64,000 nt of DNA from an uncultured Chloroflexia bacterium (GTDB lineage Bacteria; Chloroflexota; Limnocylindria; Limnocylindrales; CSP1-4): contig CAVVYR010000008.1 in the NCBI GenBank assembly GCA_963752475.1, positions 96,001 to 160,000 on the forward strand, read 5' to 3'. The notes below the pieces were generated by a model, which saw only the letters and a program-made list of their open reading frames with translations, ran no database searches and was not told the DNA's origin. Below, in pieces: positions 39,313 through 49,594 of this stretch. The position numbers and the translations under genes were made by a program. Within the stretch, counting starts at the first letter, position 1, and each line of letters opens with the position of its first letter.

Positions 39313-40230
39313 GTGCGCTACGACTCCATCCTCGAGACCATCGGCAACACGCCTCACGTGCGCGTCAACCAGCTGTTCGACGATGGCATCGAGGTCTGGT
39401 CCAAGCTCGAGCGAGCCAACCCAGGCGGCAGCATCAAGGACCGCATCGCGCTGTCGATGATCGAGGACGCCGAGCGAAGGGGCGTGCTCAAGTCGGACAC
39501 CGTGGTCATCGAGCCGACATCGGGCAACACCGGCGTGGGCCTGGCCATGGTCTGCGCGGTCAGGGGCTATCGGCTCATCCTGGTCATGCCCGACTCGTTC
39601 TCGATCGAGCGACGCAAGGTCATGATCGGCTACGGCGCCGAACTGGAATTGACTCCGCGCGAGCTTGGCATCAAGGGTTCGATGGCTCGGGCCGACGAGA
39701 TCGCAGCTGACCTGCCCGACGCCTGGATCCCCTCGCAGTTCGCCAATCCCGCCAACCCCGAGGTACACCGGCGCACGACCGCGGAGGAGATCGCGGCCGA
39801 TTTCCCCGAGGGCCTCGACTACATCGTCACCGGCGTCGGCACCGGCGGTCACATCACCGGCTGCGCAGAGGTGCTCAAGGAGCGCTGGCCATCGCTCAAG
39901 GTCTACGCCGTAGAACCGACCCTGTCGCCGGTACTCTCGGGCGGCGAGCACACGCCGCATCCGATCCAGGGCATCGGCGCCGGCTTCATCCCGGACGTCG
40001 CTCGGCCCGAGCTCTTCGATGGCATCGTGCAGGTCGCGCCTGAGGACGCGATGGAGTACGCGCGTCGCTCGGCACAGCAGGAGGGGGTGCTCATCGGCAT
40101 CTCTTCGGGCGCTTCGCTGGCGGCCGTGGCGCAGCTGCGTTCACAGATCCCCGATGGCTCGCGCGTGCTGGCCTTCGACTACGACAGCGGCGAGCGCTAC
40201 CTCTCGGTCGAGGCACTCTGGGCCGACTGA
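39313..40230 (+). CDS. cysK: Cysteine synthase A
   Basis: [35 protein letters not shown] and DSGERYLS motifs. Confidence 0.95.
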   Translation: MRYDSILETIGNTPHVRVNQLFDDGIEVWSKLERANPGGSIKDRIALSMIEDAERRGVLKSDTVVIEPTSGNTGVGLAMVCAVRGYRLILVMPDSFSIERRKVMIGYGAELELTPRELGIKGSMARADEIAADLPDAWIPSQFANPANPEVHRRTTAEEIAADFPEGLDYIVTGVGTGGHITGCAEVLKERWPSLKVYAVEPTLSPVLSGGEHTPHPIQGIGAGFIPDVARPELFDGIVQVAPEDAMEYARRSAQQEGVLIGISSGASLAAVAQLRSQIPDGSRVLAFDYDSGERYLSVEALWAD

Positions 40231-40311
40231 CCCGTGCCGCGGTGAGTTGCGGCATCATTCGTCGACACTCACGGCCAGGTCGGGGATCAGCAAGGGGAGC
40301 GAACGCGCTCA

Positions 40312-40899
40312 GTGGACGTCACCACCGTCATCAGCTTCTACGGCGTGCTCGCGCTCGTGGGCATCGTCATCCTGGCCTGGTTCGGGGTCATGCGCCTGGC
40401 CTCGTTCTTCGCCGATAGCATCGACGACGGCTTCGCCGCGGTCCGCACACGCCTGACGCCCTTCGCGCTCACAGCCGCCTGGGGCGTGGCCCTGCTGGCC
40501 GCGGCTGGCAGCCTCTACTTCAGCGAGGTCGCGAACTACACGCCCTGCACGCTGTGCTGGTATCAGCGCATCGCGATGTACCCACTGGTGCTCATCCTGG
40601 GTATCGCCATCTTCCGGCGCGACATCGGCGTCCGCATCTACGCTATCCCGCTGGCCGTGGTCGGCGCGATCATCTCGACCTACCACTGGCTCCTCGAACG
40701 CATCCCCGAACTCGACTACGGCGCTTGCTCAGCGGGCGTCCCCTGCACCCAGAAGTGGTTCGAGGAGTTCGGCTTCATCACGCTGCCGTTCCTGGCGCTC
40801 ATCGTGTTCCTGCTGATCATCACGTTCCTGCTGATCCCTGCCCTGCGCCAGACCGACGAGGACGAGGATCTCGACGAGGATGCGTCAGAGCGCGACTAG
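40312..40899 (+). CDS. dsbB: Disulfide bond formation protein B (BdbC-like)
   Basis: SLYFSEV..PCTLCWYQRIAMYP and a second Cys pair CSAGVPC. Confidence 0.9.
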   Translation: MDVTTVISFYGVLALVGIVILAWFGVMRLASFFADSIDDGFAAVRTRLTPFALTAAWGVALLAAAGSLYFSEVANYTPCTLCWYQRIAMYPLVLILGIAIFRRDIGVRIYAIPLAVVGAIISTYHWLLERIPELDYGACSAGVPCTQKWFEEFGFITLPFLALIVFLLIITFLLIPALRQTDEDEDLDEDASERD

Positions 40900-41102
40900 C
40901 CGGGTGACCCAGCAACGGGCGGTCGTCACCGCGATGTAGAGGCGGCGGCGTCGGATCGGAACGTGCCGTATGGCTCTGTGATGTCTCAGCGTCGATGACA
41001 CACTCGACAGTGAGATAACCGTCCAAGTGGGGTCCCGATGAACTGCCACGAGCGCGCGCATGCCGTGGTCGACCGACTCGACATCGCGTTCTGTCGCTAG
41101 CG

Positions 41103-42191
41103 ATGCGCAAGCTGCTGCTCAAGCTCGAGGATTTCCGCCTGCTACCGGTGTTCGTAGCGGTGAGCATGGCCGTAGGCATCGCCATCGGCAACATCCTCAG
41201 CATCTCCGATTTCGAGCTGACTCCGCCGATCGACGCGCTCAAGTCGATGGCCGGCGGAACGTTCGACCCCAGCGTGCCCGCACTCATCTCGCTCGGTGTG
41301 CCACTGGGCCTCTTCGCGATGATGTACCCGGCGATGACCAACGTGCGCCTGACCGAGGTGGGCCAGGCGTTCCGCTCACCACGGCAGCTGGGCGTGGTCA
41401 TGATCCTCAACTACCTGATCGCACCCTTCTTCATGCTGCTGCTGGCCAACCTCTTCGTGGGCGATCCCGAGTTGCGCACCGGGCTCATCCTCTACGGGCT
41501 CGCACCGTGCATCGCGATGGTCATCGTGTTCACGTACCTTGCGCGCGGCAACACGGCCATGGCCCTCGTCTTCGTAGCCCTCAATTCAGTCATCCAGATG
41601 GCGCTCATCCCTGTCTATGCACAGCTGCTCATCGGGGATGTGAACTTCGACGTCTGGGTCGTGTTCGAGAGTGTCCTGTTGTACCTGGGCCTTCCGCTCC
41701 TAGCCGGCGTGCTGACTCGCCAAGTCGTGGTGAGGCGCCGAGGGGAAGTGGCGATGGAGTCACTCAAGCCTTACCTCAACGGCCTGTCCATCGTGGGCCT
41801 GCTGTTCACGCTCATCGTGATGTTCGCGCTCAAGGGCGACCTCATCCTCGAGCAGCCGTTCATCGTGGTCGAGATGGCCGTCCCGATGACCATCTTCTTC
41901 GTGGCCATGTTCTTCGTGGCGCTCTACATCGGCTCGCGCCTGCACTTCCCCTACGGTGACGGCGTGGCGGTTGCCTTCAACTCGACTGGGCGCGACTTCG
42001 AGATCGCCATCGCCATCGCCATCACGGCGTTCAGCCCGACGGTCGCGCTGGCCACCGTCGTGGGTCCACTCATCGAGGTGCCGATCATGCTTGCGCTCGT
42101 CTGGTCGGCCATGCGCCTTCGGCCGCGCTGGTTCCCCGGCGAGGACGACCTCTCACCCGAACCGCTCACCGAGCAACTGGTCGCCGACTGA
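41103..42191 (+). CDS. acr3: Acr3 family arsenite efflux transporter
   Basis: MMYPAM, GLAPCIAMV, DFEIAIAIA and VGPLIEVP motifs. Confidence 0.9.
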   Translation: MRKLLLKLEDFRLLPVFVAVSMAVGIAIGNILSISDFELTPPIDALKSMAGGTFDPSVPALISLGVPLGLFAMMYPAMTNVRLTEVGQAFRSPRQLGVVMILNYLIAPFFMLLLANLFVGDPELRTGLILYGLAPCIAMVIVFTYLARGNTAMALVFVALNSVIQMALIPVYAQLLIGDVNFDVWVVFESVLLYLGLPLLAGVLTRQVVVRRRGEVAMESLKPYLNGLSIVGLLFTLIVMFALKGDLILEQPFIVVEMAVPMTIFFVAMFFVALYIGSRLHFPYGDGVAVAFNSTGRDFEIAIAIAITAFSPTVALATVVGPLIEVPIMLALVWSAMRLRPRWFPGEDDLSPEPLTEQLVAD

Positions 42192-42343
42192 CCACTAGGA
42201 GGCGCTCCGAAGGGTTCGAGAGCGGAGCGAGCCCACCCTCGACACACTCGGGTCCAGCGTCCGCGAGAAAGCCTGCGGTGCCTGCCATTCAGCGCCAACT
42301 GGTTGCCCGGGCGGGCATGAGCCGAGCGTGGTCTAATGCGCCG

Positions 42344-43631
42344 ATGCATCTGCTCAGACGACGACTCATCGGTGCCGCGGTCCTCGCTGCGCTTGCCAGC
42401 CTCGCGGTCGCTACCGTGGCCCTCGGCCAGGACAGCGAGGTCGTCATCATCAAGGACAAGCTCGCGCCCAAGCGGCTGGAGGTGTCAGCCGGCACCGTCG
42501 TCACTTGGCGAAACCAGGACGATGATCGCCATCGGATGCGCTCACGTCAGGGACCCGTGGAATTCGACTCGGGCAACCTGGAGCCTGGCGAGCACTTCAG
42601 CGTGACCTTCGTGGTCTCCGGCGAGTATCCCTACATCGACGAACGCAACGACGAAGACCGCGCCTACTTCGGCACCATCGTCGTGAGCGACGATCGATCA
42701 GCAGGCGGTCCGCCCTCGACGGAGGCGATCGTCACGCTCATCGACGAGTCATTCCAGCCGCCAGCGCTGGAGGTCGCCGTCGGAGCTGTCGTCACCTGGG
42801 AGAACATCGACGGTGATGACGATCACACCGTCACCGCTGACGACGGCGCCTTCAACAGTGGCGTCATGCCCGTCGGCACGGCCTTCGAGCACAGCTTCGA
42901 CGCACCGGGCACCTACCCCTACTTCTGCGCTATCCATCCAGAGATGGTGGGCACGATCACGGTCGTCGGCGAGGCTCCGGCCCAGACCCAGGATGTCGCG
43001 GCTCGAGTCGCCGGCCACGCCATCGACAGCGGTCACTGACGACAGTGCCGACCCCGTCGATGGACCGGTCACCGGGCCGGTCGAGGCCTCCGTCGTCGAC
43101 CTCACGTTCCAGCCCCCCATCATCGAGATCGATGCCGGCGCCAGTGTCACCTGGACCAACGAGGACAGCGTCCCCCACACCGTTACCGCACGGACGGAGG
43201 ACTTCAACTCCGGGGTCATGCAACAGGGCGCTACCTTCAGCCAGACGTTCGATGAGCCTGGCACCTTCGACTACTTCTGCGCCATCCATCCGTCGATGAG
43301 CGGGACGGTCGTGGTCAGCGAGCCCGCAGCCGTCGACGATGCGGTTGACGAAGCCGGCGACACCGCAGCTGAGCCTGTGAGCGCGGCGACGGTCGCTGTC
43401 GTCGACGTGGCCTTCCAGCCGCAGGCCATCGAGATTCCCGTTGGCGCGACCGTGGACTGGACCAACGAGGACCCCTTCGCCCACACCGTGACCGCCAGCG
43501 ACGGCGCCTTCGATTCCGGGAACATGGCTGGCGGGCAGACCTTCAGCCAGACGTTCGACGAGCCTGGCACCTTCGACTACTTCTGCGCCATCCATCCGTC
43601 GATGACCGGAACGATCACCGTCAGCGGCTAG
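42344..43631 (+). CDS. Secreted four-domain cupredoxin (plastocyanin/amicyanin-like), broken by a +1 frameshift near 43000
   Basis: Signal peptide; three HTVT...YFCAIHPxMxG type-1 Cu sites and one degenerate domain; spans ORFs 42278..43039 and 42813..43631. Confidence 0.8.
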
Positions 43632-43881
43632 TCATTCGGTCGAACTGGCCACCGTTCGGCTCGAACGAGGAGGCCAGCTTGGCGAGCGCCTCGATCGGAT
43701 CGTCGGCGCGCGCCTTACGCTCGACCGAGTCTGGTCCGACCGCCACAGCCATCCAATCGTCCGAGCGCTGATCGGGGCTCAGGCCAGTCGATGCGCAGCG
43801 TAGACCCTCCAGTGTCCAACCACTCGGCAGGCGTGCCTGGGTCTCGGCCCAGGCGACCGAGAGGTCGTCGCTATCCGTCAT
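43621..43881 (-). CDS. Small hypothetical protein
   Basis: 86-aa ORF directly after the response regulator; GAGGAG upstream. Confidence 0.55.
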   Translation of the reverse strand: MTDSDDLSVAWAETQARLPSGWTLEGLRCASTGLSPDQRSDDWMAVAVGPDSVERKARADDPIEALAKLASSFEPNGGQFDRMTSR

Positions 43882-44524
43882 CTTCACTCCTCTGCGGTGG
43901 GCCCTCCCGGGCCACGAGCAGCGCCGCCTCGACGCGGCTGCGGACCTGCAGCTTGCCGAGGATGTTGGTCATGTAGTGCTTGATGGTCTTCTCCGCGAGA
44001 CCCAGCCGCTCGCCGACCTCCTGGTTGCTCAGACCCTCGGCCACGAGCTCCAGCACCTCCCGCTCCCGCTCGGTCAGCTCGTCATAGGGAGACGTGCGCG
44101 GTTCCCGCATCTCGCGCAGCATGCCCCACGCGAGCGCCGGCGCGACGTAGACCTCGCCGGCATGGACCGAGCGGATGACACCTGCCAACTCACTGGCGCC
44201 GGCACCCTTGAGGACGTACCCGGACGCTCCGGCCTTCATCGCGGCCAGGAGGTCATCCTCGTCCTCGGACACGGTGAGCATCACGATTCGCGTGGCTGGA
44301 CAGGCCACCGCGATACGCTGCGCGGTCTCGAGTCCGCCTCCGGGCATGTTGATGTCAAGGATCATCACGTCCGGCAGCTCGACCCTCGCGAGCACCAGTG
44401 CCGCTGACCCGTCGGCGGCATCGCCCACGACCTCGATGCCGTCCTCTTCGCGCAGGGACATCACCACACCGGCGCGGAACATGGGATGGTCGTCCGCGAC
44501 GGCGACGCGGATGGTGTCGGTCAT
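43871..44524 (-). CDS. NarL/LuxR family response regulator
   Basis: ADDHPMFR, LDINMP and GYVLK receiver motifs; LTEREREVL..GLSNQEV..TIKHY HTH. Confidence 0.95.
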   Translation of the reverse strand: MTDTIRVAVADDHPMFRAGVVMSLREEDGIEVVGDAADGSAALVLARVELPDVMILDINMPGGGLETAQRIAVACPATRIVMLTVSEDEDDLLAAMKAGASGYVLKGAGASELAGVIRSVHAGEVYVAPALAWGMLREMREPRTSPYDELTEREREVLELVAEGLSNQEVGERLGLAEKTIKHYMTNILGKLQVRSRVEAALLVAREGPPQRSEDDG

Positions 44525-46022
44525 GGCTCGATCCCACCGTTGTGTACCGGCCACCATACGTGGAGCTCGGTGCCCGTTCCAGGGGTCGACGCGATCGCGA
44601 ACGTGCCACCAAGGACCTCGGCCTGCTCGCGGATGCCGGCGAGGCCCAGGCCCTCATTCGAGGCGAGGATGGACGGATCGAACCCCGAGCCTGCATCGCG
44701 CACGACGAGCAGCACCCCGGCCCGGCCCGACCGCCCGGGACCCGAGGCGCCGCGAAGCTCGACGTCCACGACATCGACTCCGCCGTGTCGGGTGGCGTTC
44801 GAGAGGGACTCCTGCATGGCACGGAACAGGGCGATCCTGACGGGGAGCGGCACATCGGACGGCAGGTCGTGGGCATCGAGCTGGACGTTGGTGCCACTGC
44901 GGCGTTCATGGTCCTCGACGGCGCGTTCGGCGACCTCCGCGATCGTCATCGAGGCCAGCTCGGGCAATCGCAGGCCCGCGGCGACAGCGCGCATGTCGGT
45001 CATCGCCTCCTGCAGCACCTTCTCGACCTCCAGCGATCTCGGCAGCGCTCGGCGAGTCTCCGTGCTCGGCCCGCTTCTGCAGTCGGTCGAGCCGCAGCAT
45101 CGCAAGAGAGAGCATCTGGGCGGGCCCGTCGTGGAGATCGCTGCTGACCCGGCGCATGGAGCGCTCGTTGAGCGTCGTCGTGCGCTCGGCCGCGGAGTGC
45201 ACTCGCTCGTTCAGCTCCGCGTTCTCCTCGAGCAGGTCGGTGAGCTCATCGACCTGGCGCGAGAGCGCCACCTCCTGGCGCTGGATGGTGTCGCTGCCAC
45301 GTTTGACCACCCGCCACAGGAGCAGGCCGGCGAGGACGATGGCCAGCGTGACCAACCCCCACGCGGTCAGGCGGGCCTGCGCGACCTGGTCGTCGATGTC
45401 CTTGGGCGGCAGATAGAACTCCGCGACGGCGATGATGTCCTCCGTGCCACGCTCGCGGACCGGGATATACATCTCGAGCAGGCGGTCCCAGTACTGCCGC
45501 TCCCACTCGTTCTCTTCGCCGGAGAGATCATCCATCTCGGTCACGACCTCACCAGCCCAGGCTTCTGCGAGGTGTCCCTCGACCGGAAAGCGCTGACCGA
45601 TGAGCTTGGAGTACGGGCTGTAGATGACCTCGCCATCACGCGACCACAGTCGCAGCGAGCGGACTCGATCGGAGAGCGCGCTCGATGCGAGATGACCGTC
45701 GAGCGTCTCGATCTCCTCGGGTGTGAGCTTGCCGCCGCCGGAGAGCGAGGCGACGCTGGGCTCGATGATCGACTCGACGTAGAGCGCCGTCACCGAGGCG
45801 GTGCGGTCGACGATGCTCCGCTCGAGCTGATCGCCGATCCAGACGACCCACGGCCAGCCCGGCCACGAGCAGGATGGCGAGGTTGGCCAGCAGGAAACGC
45901 TGGGCAAGCGACAGCCGGTCCAGCCATCCTGGCGTGCGTCGCCCGGTCCGATCCGAACCCGGCTCACGCGGGTCCGTTGGCGCAGGGGGAATGGCCGGAT
46001 CGGCGTCGACGGTCGGGGGCAT
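44521..46022 (-). CDS. NarX/HisKA_3-type sensor histidine kinase, broken by two +1 frameshifts (~45847 and ~45031)
   Basis: Two TMs; DLHDGPAQ H-box, QESLSNATRH, RDAGSGF and GLGL motifs spread over three overlapping ORFs. Confidence 0.85.
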
Positions 46023-46057
46023 CGCCCGAATGGTAGGGGCAGATGCCGGTCAGGGCA

Positions 46058-46073
46058 TCGGACCAAGGTCCGA
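46058..46073. promoter_or_regulatory. Putative response-regulator box TCGGACCAAGGTCCGA
   Basis: Near-perfect palindrome between divergent genes; 15/16 identical to 48776-48791. Confidence 0.6.
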
Positions 46074-46180
46074 ATCACTTCCCGACTGCGGCCCATTCCC
46101 GCCTCACCCCCGCAGCGGGACCATGCCTGCACACCCGCACGCAATGAAGCGAAGGGTCATCGTATGGAGTCAACATCGCA

Positions 46181-46588
46181 ATGCGAAGGATCGCCGTGGG
46201 CCGTGCCACGGCCCTCATCACCAGCGTGCTGGTCGCGACGACGCTCATGGCGGCACCCATGACCGCGAGCGCCAAGGATGGCGACGTCATCCGGCGTGGC
46301 GAGTGCACCGCTCGCTCGGACTGGAAGCTCAAGCTGAGCCCGGAGAACGGCCGCATCGAAGTCGAGTTCGAGGTCGACCAGAACCGCAATGGGCAGAAGT
46401 GGAACATCCGCATGAAGCGCAACGGCAAGGTGTTCTGGCGTGGTACCAGACGCACACAGCCACCGAGCGGCTCGTTCGAAGTCCGTCGCCTCACGCGCAA
46501 CGGCGCCGGCGCCGAGAGGATCGTCGTCCGCGCCCGAAACCCGCGAACCGGCGAGGTCTGTCGCGGCACGGCCAAGTTCCGGGGGTAG
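46181..46588 (+). CDS. Secreted basic hypothetical protein
   Basis: Signal peptide ending ASA; WKLKLSPENGRIEVEFEVD beta-rich body; two Cys. Confidence 0.7.
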   Translation: MRRIAVGRATALITSVLVATTLMAAPMTASAKDGDVIRRGECTARSDWKLKLSPENGRIEVEFEVDQNRNGQKWNIRMKRNGKVFWRGTRRTQPPSGSFEVRRLTRNGAGAERIVVRARNPRTGEVCRGTAKFRG

Positions 46589-46620
46589 AAACGAACACGG
46601 GGGCCAACGAGGAGACACCA

Positions 46621-47451
46621 ATGACTGACATCACGACCCACCGACGCACGTTCACCACCATGAGCCTGGCCGGAGCGATCGCGCTCACCGCCGCGCTCGC
46701 TGCACCAGCCGTGGCCACCACCCACGAAGGCGAGCTCCACGTGGAGACGGCCACCGATGATCTCGGCACCTACCTGGTCGATGCCGAGGGCATGACCTTG
46801 TACTACTTCACCAGGGACGTCACCCCAGGTCTGAGCGTCTGCTTCGGGGGCTGTCTCGAGGCTTGGCCCCCGCTCTTGCTGGGAGACGGCGAGGAGCTCG
46901 CAGCGGGTGACGGCGTGAGCGGCACTCTAGGTGCCGTGCCGCGGACCGACGACGGCTCGATGCACGTCACCTATCGTGGCCGGCCGCTCTACTACTGGCA
47001 GGGCGACACTGCCCCGGGCGAGACCACGGGCGAGGGCGTCGGAGAGGTCTGGTTCGTAGCGCAGGAGGACGGCTCGATGCCGGAGAACCCACCGGCGCTG
47101 ACGATCGAGTCCGAGACGACCGACCTGGGCACGTTCCTGGTCGGCCAGGACGGCTTGACCACGTACTACTTCGAGGCCGACACCACGCCGGGGGTCAGCG
47201 TGTGCGAAGGCGATTGCCTCGTGGCCTGGCCCCCGGTCACGGTCCCGCCCGGCAACACCGTCGCTACGGGCGAAGGCGTCACCGGCGTGCTCGGGCTCAT
47301 CACCGGCACCGACGGCTCCACGCAGGTCACCTACGACGGCCGGCCGTTGTACTACTGGCAGGGCGACACCGAGGCCGGCCAGACCACCGGCCACGGCGTG
47401 AACGACATCTGGTGGGTCGCTGATGTGAGCGGATCCCTCCCGGCACGATAG
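46621..47451 (+). CDS. Secreted repeat protein with Yx(F/W)xxD motifs (Lipoprotein_15/COG4315), duplicated unit
   Basis: GMTLYYFTRD..CFGGCLEAWPP..VTYRGRPLYYWQGD unit occurs twice. Confidence 0.85.
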   Translation: MTDITTHRRTFTTMSLAGAIALTAALAAPAVATTHEGELHVETATDDLGTYLVDAEGMTLYYFTRDVTPGLSVCFGGCLEAWPPLLLGDGEELAAGDGVSGTLGAVPRTDDGSMHVTYRGRPLYYWQGDTAPGETTGEGVGEVWFVAQEDGSMPENPPALTIESETTDLGTFLVGQDGLTTYYFEADTTPGVSVCEGDCLVAWPPVTVPPGNTVATGEGVTGVLGLITGTDGSTQVTYDGRPLYYWQGDTEAGQTTGHGVNDIWWVADVSGSLPAR

Positions 47452-47471
47452 CGATCGAGCCACTCCCCTCG

Positions 47472-47507
47472 GCGACACCGGCCCTCGATGCCCAGGGCCG
47501 GTGTCGC
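47472..47507 (+). terminator. 14-bp stem hairpin after the COG4315 gene
   Basis: GCGACACCGGCCCT-8 nt-AGGGCCGGTGTCGC followed by pyrimidines. Confidence 0.6.
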
Positions 47508-47610
47508 GCTTCCTCCCGTACGGATGTATCCATCCGGCGCCTGCATCCGTAGTAGGGAGTGGAGGCGGCCGAGAACCGAAGCGTCGCCTAAGACCCAAGG
47601 AGTAAGCACC

Positions 47611-47877
47611 ATGACCATCAACACCGAGAAGCCGAACTGGTTCGCTGCAAGCTGGTTCGGCCAGTGCATGTCGTCCACGCGGGGCCGGATCGGCCGCATG
47701 GTCGGTGGCATCGCCCTCATCGCCATCGGGCTGTTCGCCCTCGGAGGAGCAGCCGGCATCGTCCTCGCGGCTGTCGGTCTCGTGCCCCTGCTCGCCGGCG
47801 CGTTCGACGTTTGCATCTTCAGTGCGCTCTTCGGCGGCCCGCTCCGCGGCTCCGATGTCCGCTCCTGCGCCCGCTAG
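47611..47877 (+). CDS. DUF2892/YgaP-like membrane protein
   Basis: GRIGRMVGG..VGLVPLLAGAFDVC pattern; AAGGAG RBS. Confidence 0.8.
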   Translation: MTINTEKPNWFAASWFGQCMSSTRGRIGRMVGGIALIAIGLFALGGAAGIVLAAVGLVPLLAGAFDVCIFSALFGGPLRGSDVRSCAR

Positions 47878-47886
47878 CGACGAACC

Positions 47887-48733
47887 GTGGTCGATACGAA
47901 GGCCTTGACGGCCTCCCGGCGGAGGGTCACGGACCGAGCCTGATCCCGTCCGGGCTCAGTCCCTCGCTCCTGAGCCCGACTTCGCGACTCGGCTGTCTGG
48001 TGAGCTACCACGGCTGACCAAGCTGGCATTGCGTTTGGCGCAAGATCCCGCGCGGGCCGAGGACCTTGTCCAGGAGACTGCGCTCCGAGCCTGGTCGAAG
48101 CAGGACCTGCTTCGGTCCGGAGCACCCATCGGACCATGGCTCAATCGCATCCTGGTCAACCTCGCCATCGACCGATCCCGTGCTCGGCGAGACGAAGTCG
48201 ACCTCGCTGACGTCGAGGATCGTTGGCGGGATGACGACTACACCGTGGACCCGGCTCAGGTCATGGCCCGTGCCGAGCAACGCGAAGACCTCGAGGATGC
48301 GCTCGCACGCTTGCCGGTCGGCTATCGCACCGTCGTGGTGTTGCATGACGCGGCCGGGATGACCACGCCTGCCATCGCCGACGCGCTCGACATCGGGCTG
48401 CCGGCTGCCAAACAGCGCCTACGCCGCGGAAGGATGATGCTGGTGAGTGCTCTCGCAGAGGATGATCCCAAGCGTGTTGCCAGTCTCGCCCAGCCGATGC
48501 GTTGCTGGAAGGCTCGCAGCCAGATCTCGGCCTACCTCGACGATGAGCTGCCGAACGAGGGTCGACGAGCCATCGAGGGTCACCTCGCCGAGTGCCCGAC
48601 CTGCCCTCCACTCTATGCCGGCCTCGTCAGCCTGCAGGAGACACTCGGAGAGCTGCGCGACACCGACAGGGTCGTCCCGAGCGAGATCGCGGCGCGGATC
48701 ACGGAGACCCTCGAGAGGCTGAAGGCCTCCTGA
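47887..48733 (+). CDS. ECF sigma factor fused to a C-terminal zf-HC2 (ZAS) domain; probable +1 frameshift near 47930
   Basis: AEDLVQETALRAW, WLNRILVN and region-4 HTH; C-x25-HLAECPTC; region-2-like sequence extends upstream of TTG 48029 with no in-frame start. Confidence 0.8.
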
Positions 48734-48775
48734 CGGGTGATGGCAGCAGACACTCCAGCGTTGGCGGACCCGGGT

Positions 48776-48791
48776 TCGGACCTAGGTCCGA
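48776..48791. promoter_or_regulatory. Perfect 16-bp palindrome TCGGACCTAGGTCCGA, putative response-regulator box
   Basis: Self-complementary; matches 46058-46073. Confidence 0.6.
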
Positions 48792-48949
48792 TGGCTCCGC
48801 CAGACGTTCGCCCATTCCGCGCCGTGGCAGTGGCGAATATGTTCACGGCCACCGAAGAGTTGGTGCTGGTCGGACCGGCCATCAGGCATCCACAGCCCGT
48901 GGCTGTGTCACTCGCGATCATCAAGCCGTCAAGGACACAAGGAGATCCC

Positions 48950-49580
48950 GTGAAGCAGACCAGATTGGGCCGCGTGGTGGCCATCGCGGCGACCGCGTCG
49001 TTGTTAGCATCGATGGCAGCCGCATCCGTGGCGGCCCCCACGTTCGCGGCCAAGAAGACCTGTGCCGGCCGCGCCGCGACCATCGTCGGTACGGCGCTAA
49101 GCGAAACCATCGTCGGTACGCCGCGCCGCGACGTGATCGTGGCCCGTGGCGGCAATGACGTCATCCGTGGTCGCGGAGGCAACGACATCGTGTGCGGTGG
49201 GCCCGGAAACGACAAGCTGGTGGGCGCGCGCGGCGCTGACCGGCTCTTCGGTGGGCCCGGAAACGACCGCATCTTCGGCGGAAGCGGAAAGGACATCTGC
49301 CGGCAGGGCTCGGGCCGCGGCGTCAGGGTGCGTTGTGAGCTGCCGCGTTCCGTCGCTGCCTCGCCAAGCCCCTCGCCTGCGCCCGACGCGACGGCTGCCC
49401 CATCGGCCAGCCCCTCGGCCTCGCCATCGGCCAGCCCCTCGGCCTAGCCAAGCGGCCTCGCCATCGGCCAGCCCCTCCGCCTCGCCATCGGCCAGCCCCT
49501 CGGCCTCGCCATCGGCCAGCCCCTCGGCTTCGCCATCGGCCAGCCCCTCGGCCGCGCCAAGCGCCTCGCCAGAGTCGTAG
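48950..49580 (+). CDS. Secreted hemolysin-type (GGxGxD) Ca-binding repeat protein with SPSA tail; in-frame stop at 49447 and +1 shift within the tail
   Basis: Signal peptide; CAGRAATIVGT; GGPGND repeats; SPSA repeats continue in another frame to 49580. Confidence 0.75.
49399..49570 (+). repeat. Tandem 24-bp (2x12) repeat TCGCCATCGGCCAGCCCCTCGGCC encoding SPSASPSA
   Basis: Directly visible; interrupted at 49445-49455. Confidence 0.8.
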
Positions 49581-49594
49581 ACGGGCCCGGCTCC

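Noticed and set aside
40960-41100. Possible fluoride riboswitch upstream of acr3 (GATG..TAACCG..GATGA)
   Set aside because: The required pseudoknot pairing is not present; an Rfam scan would be needed
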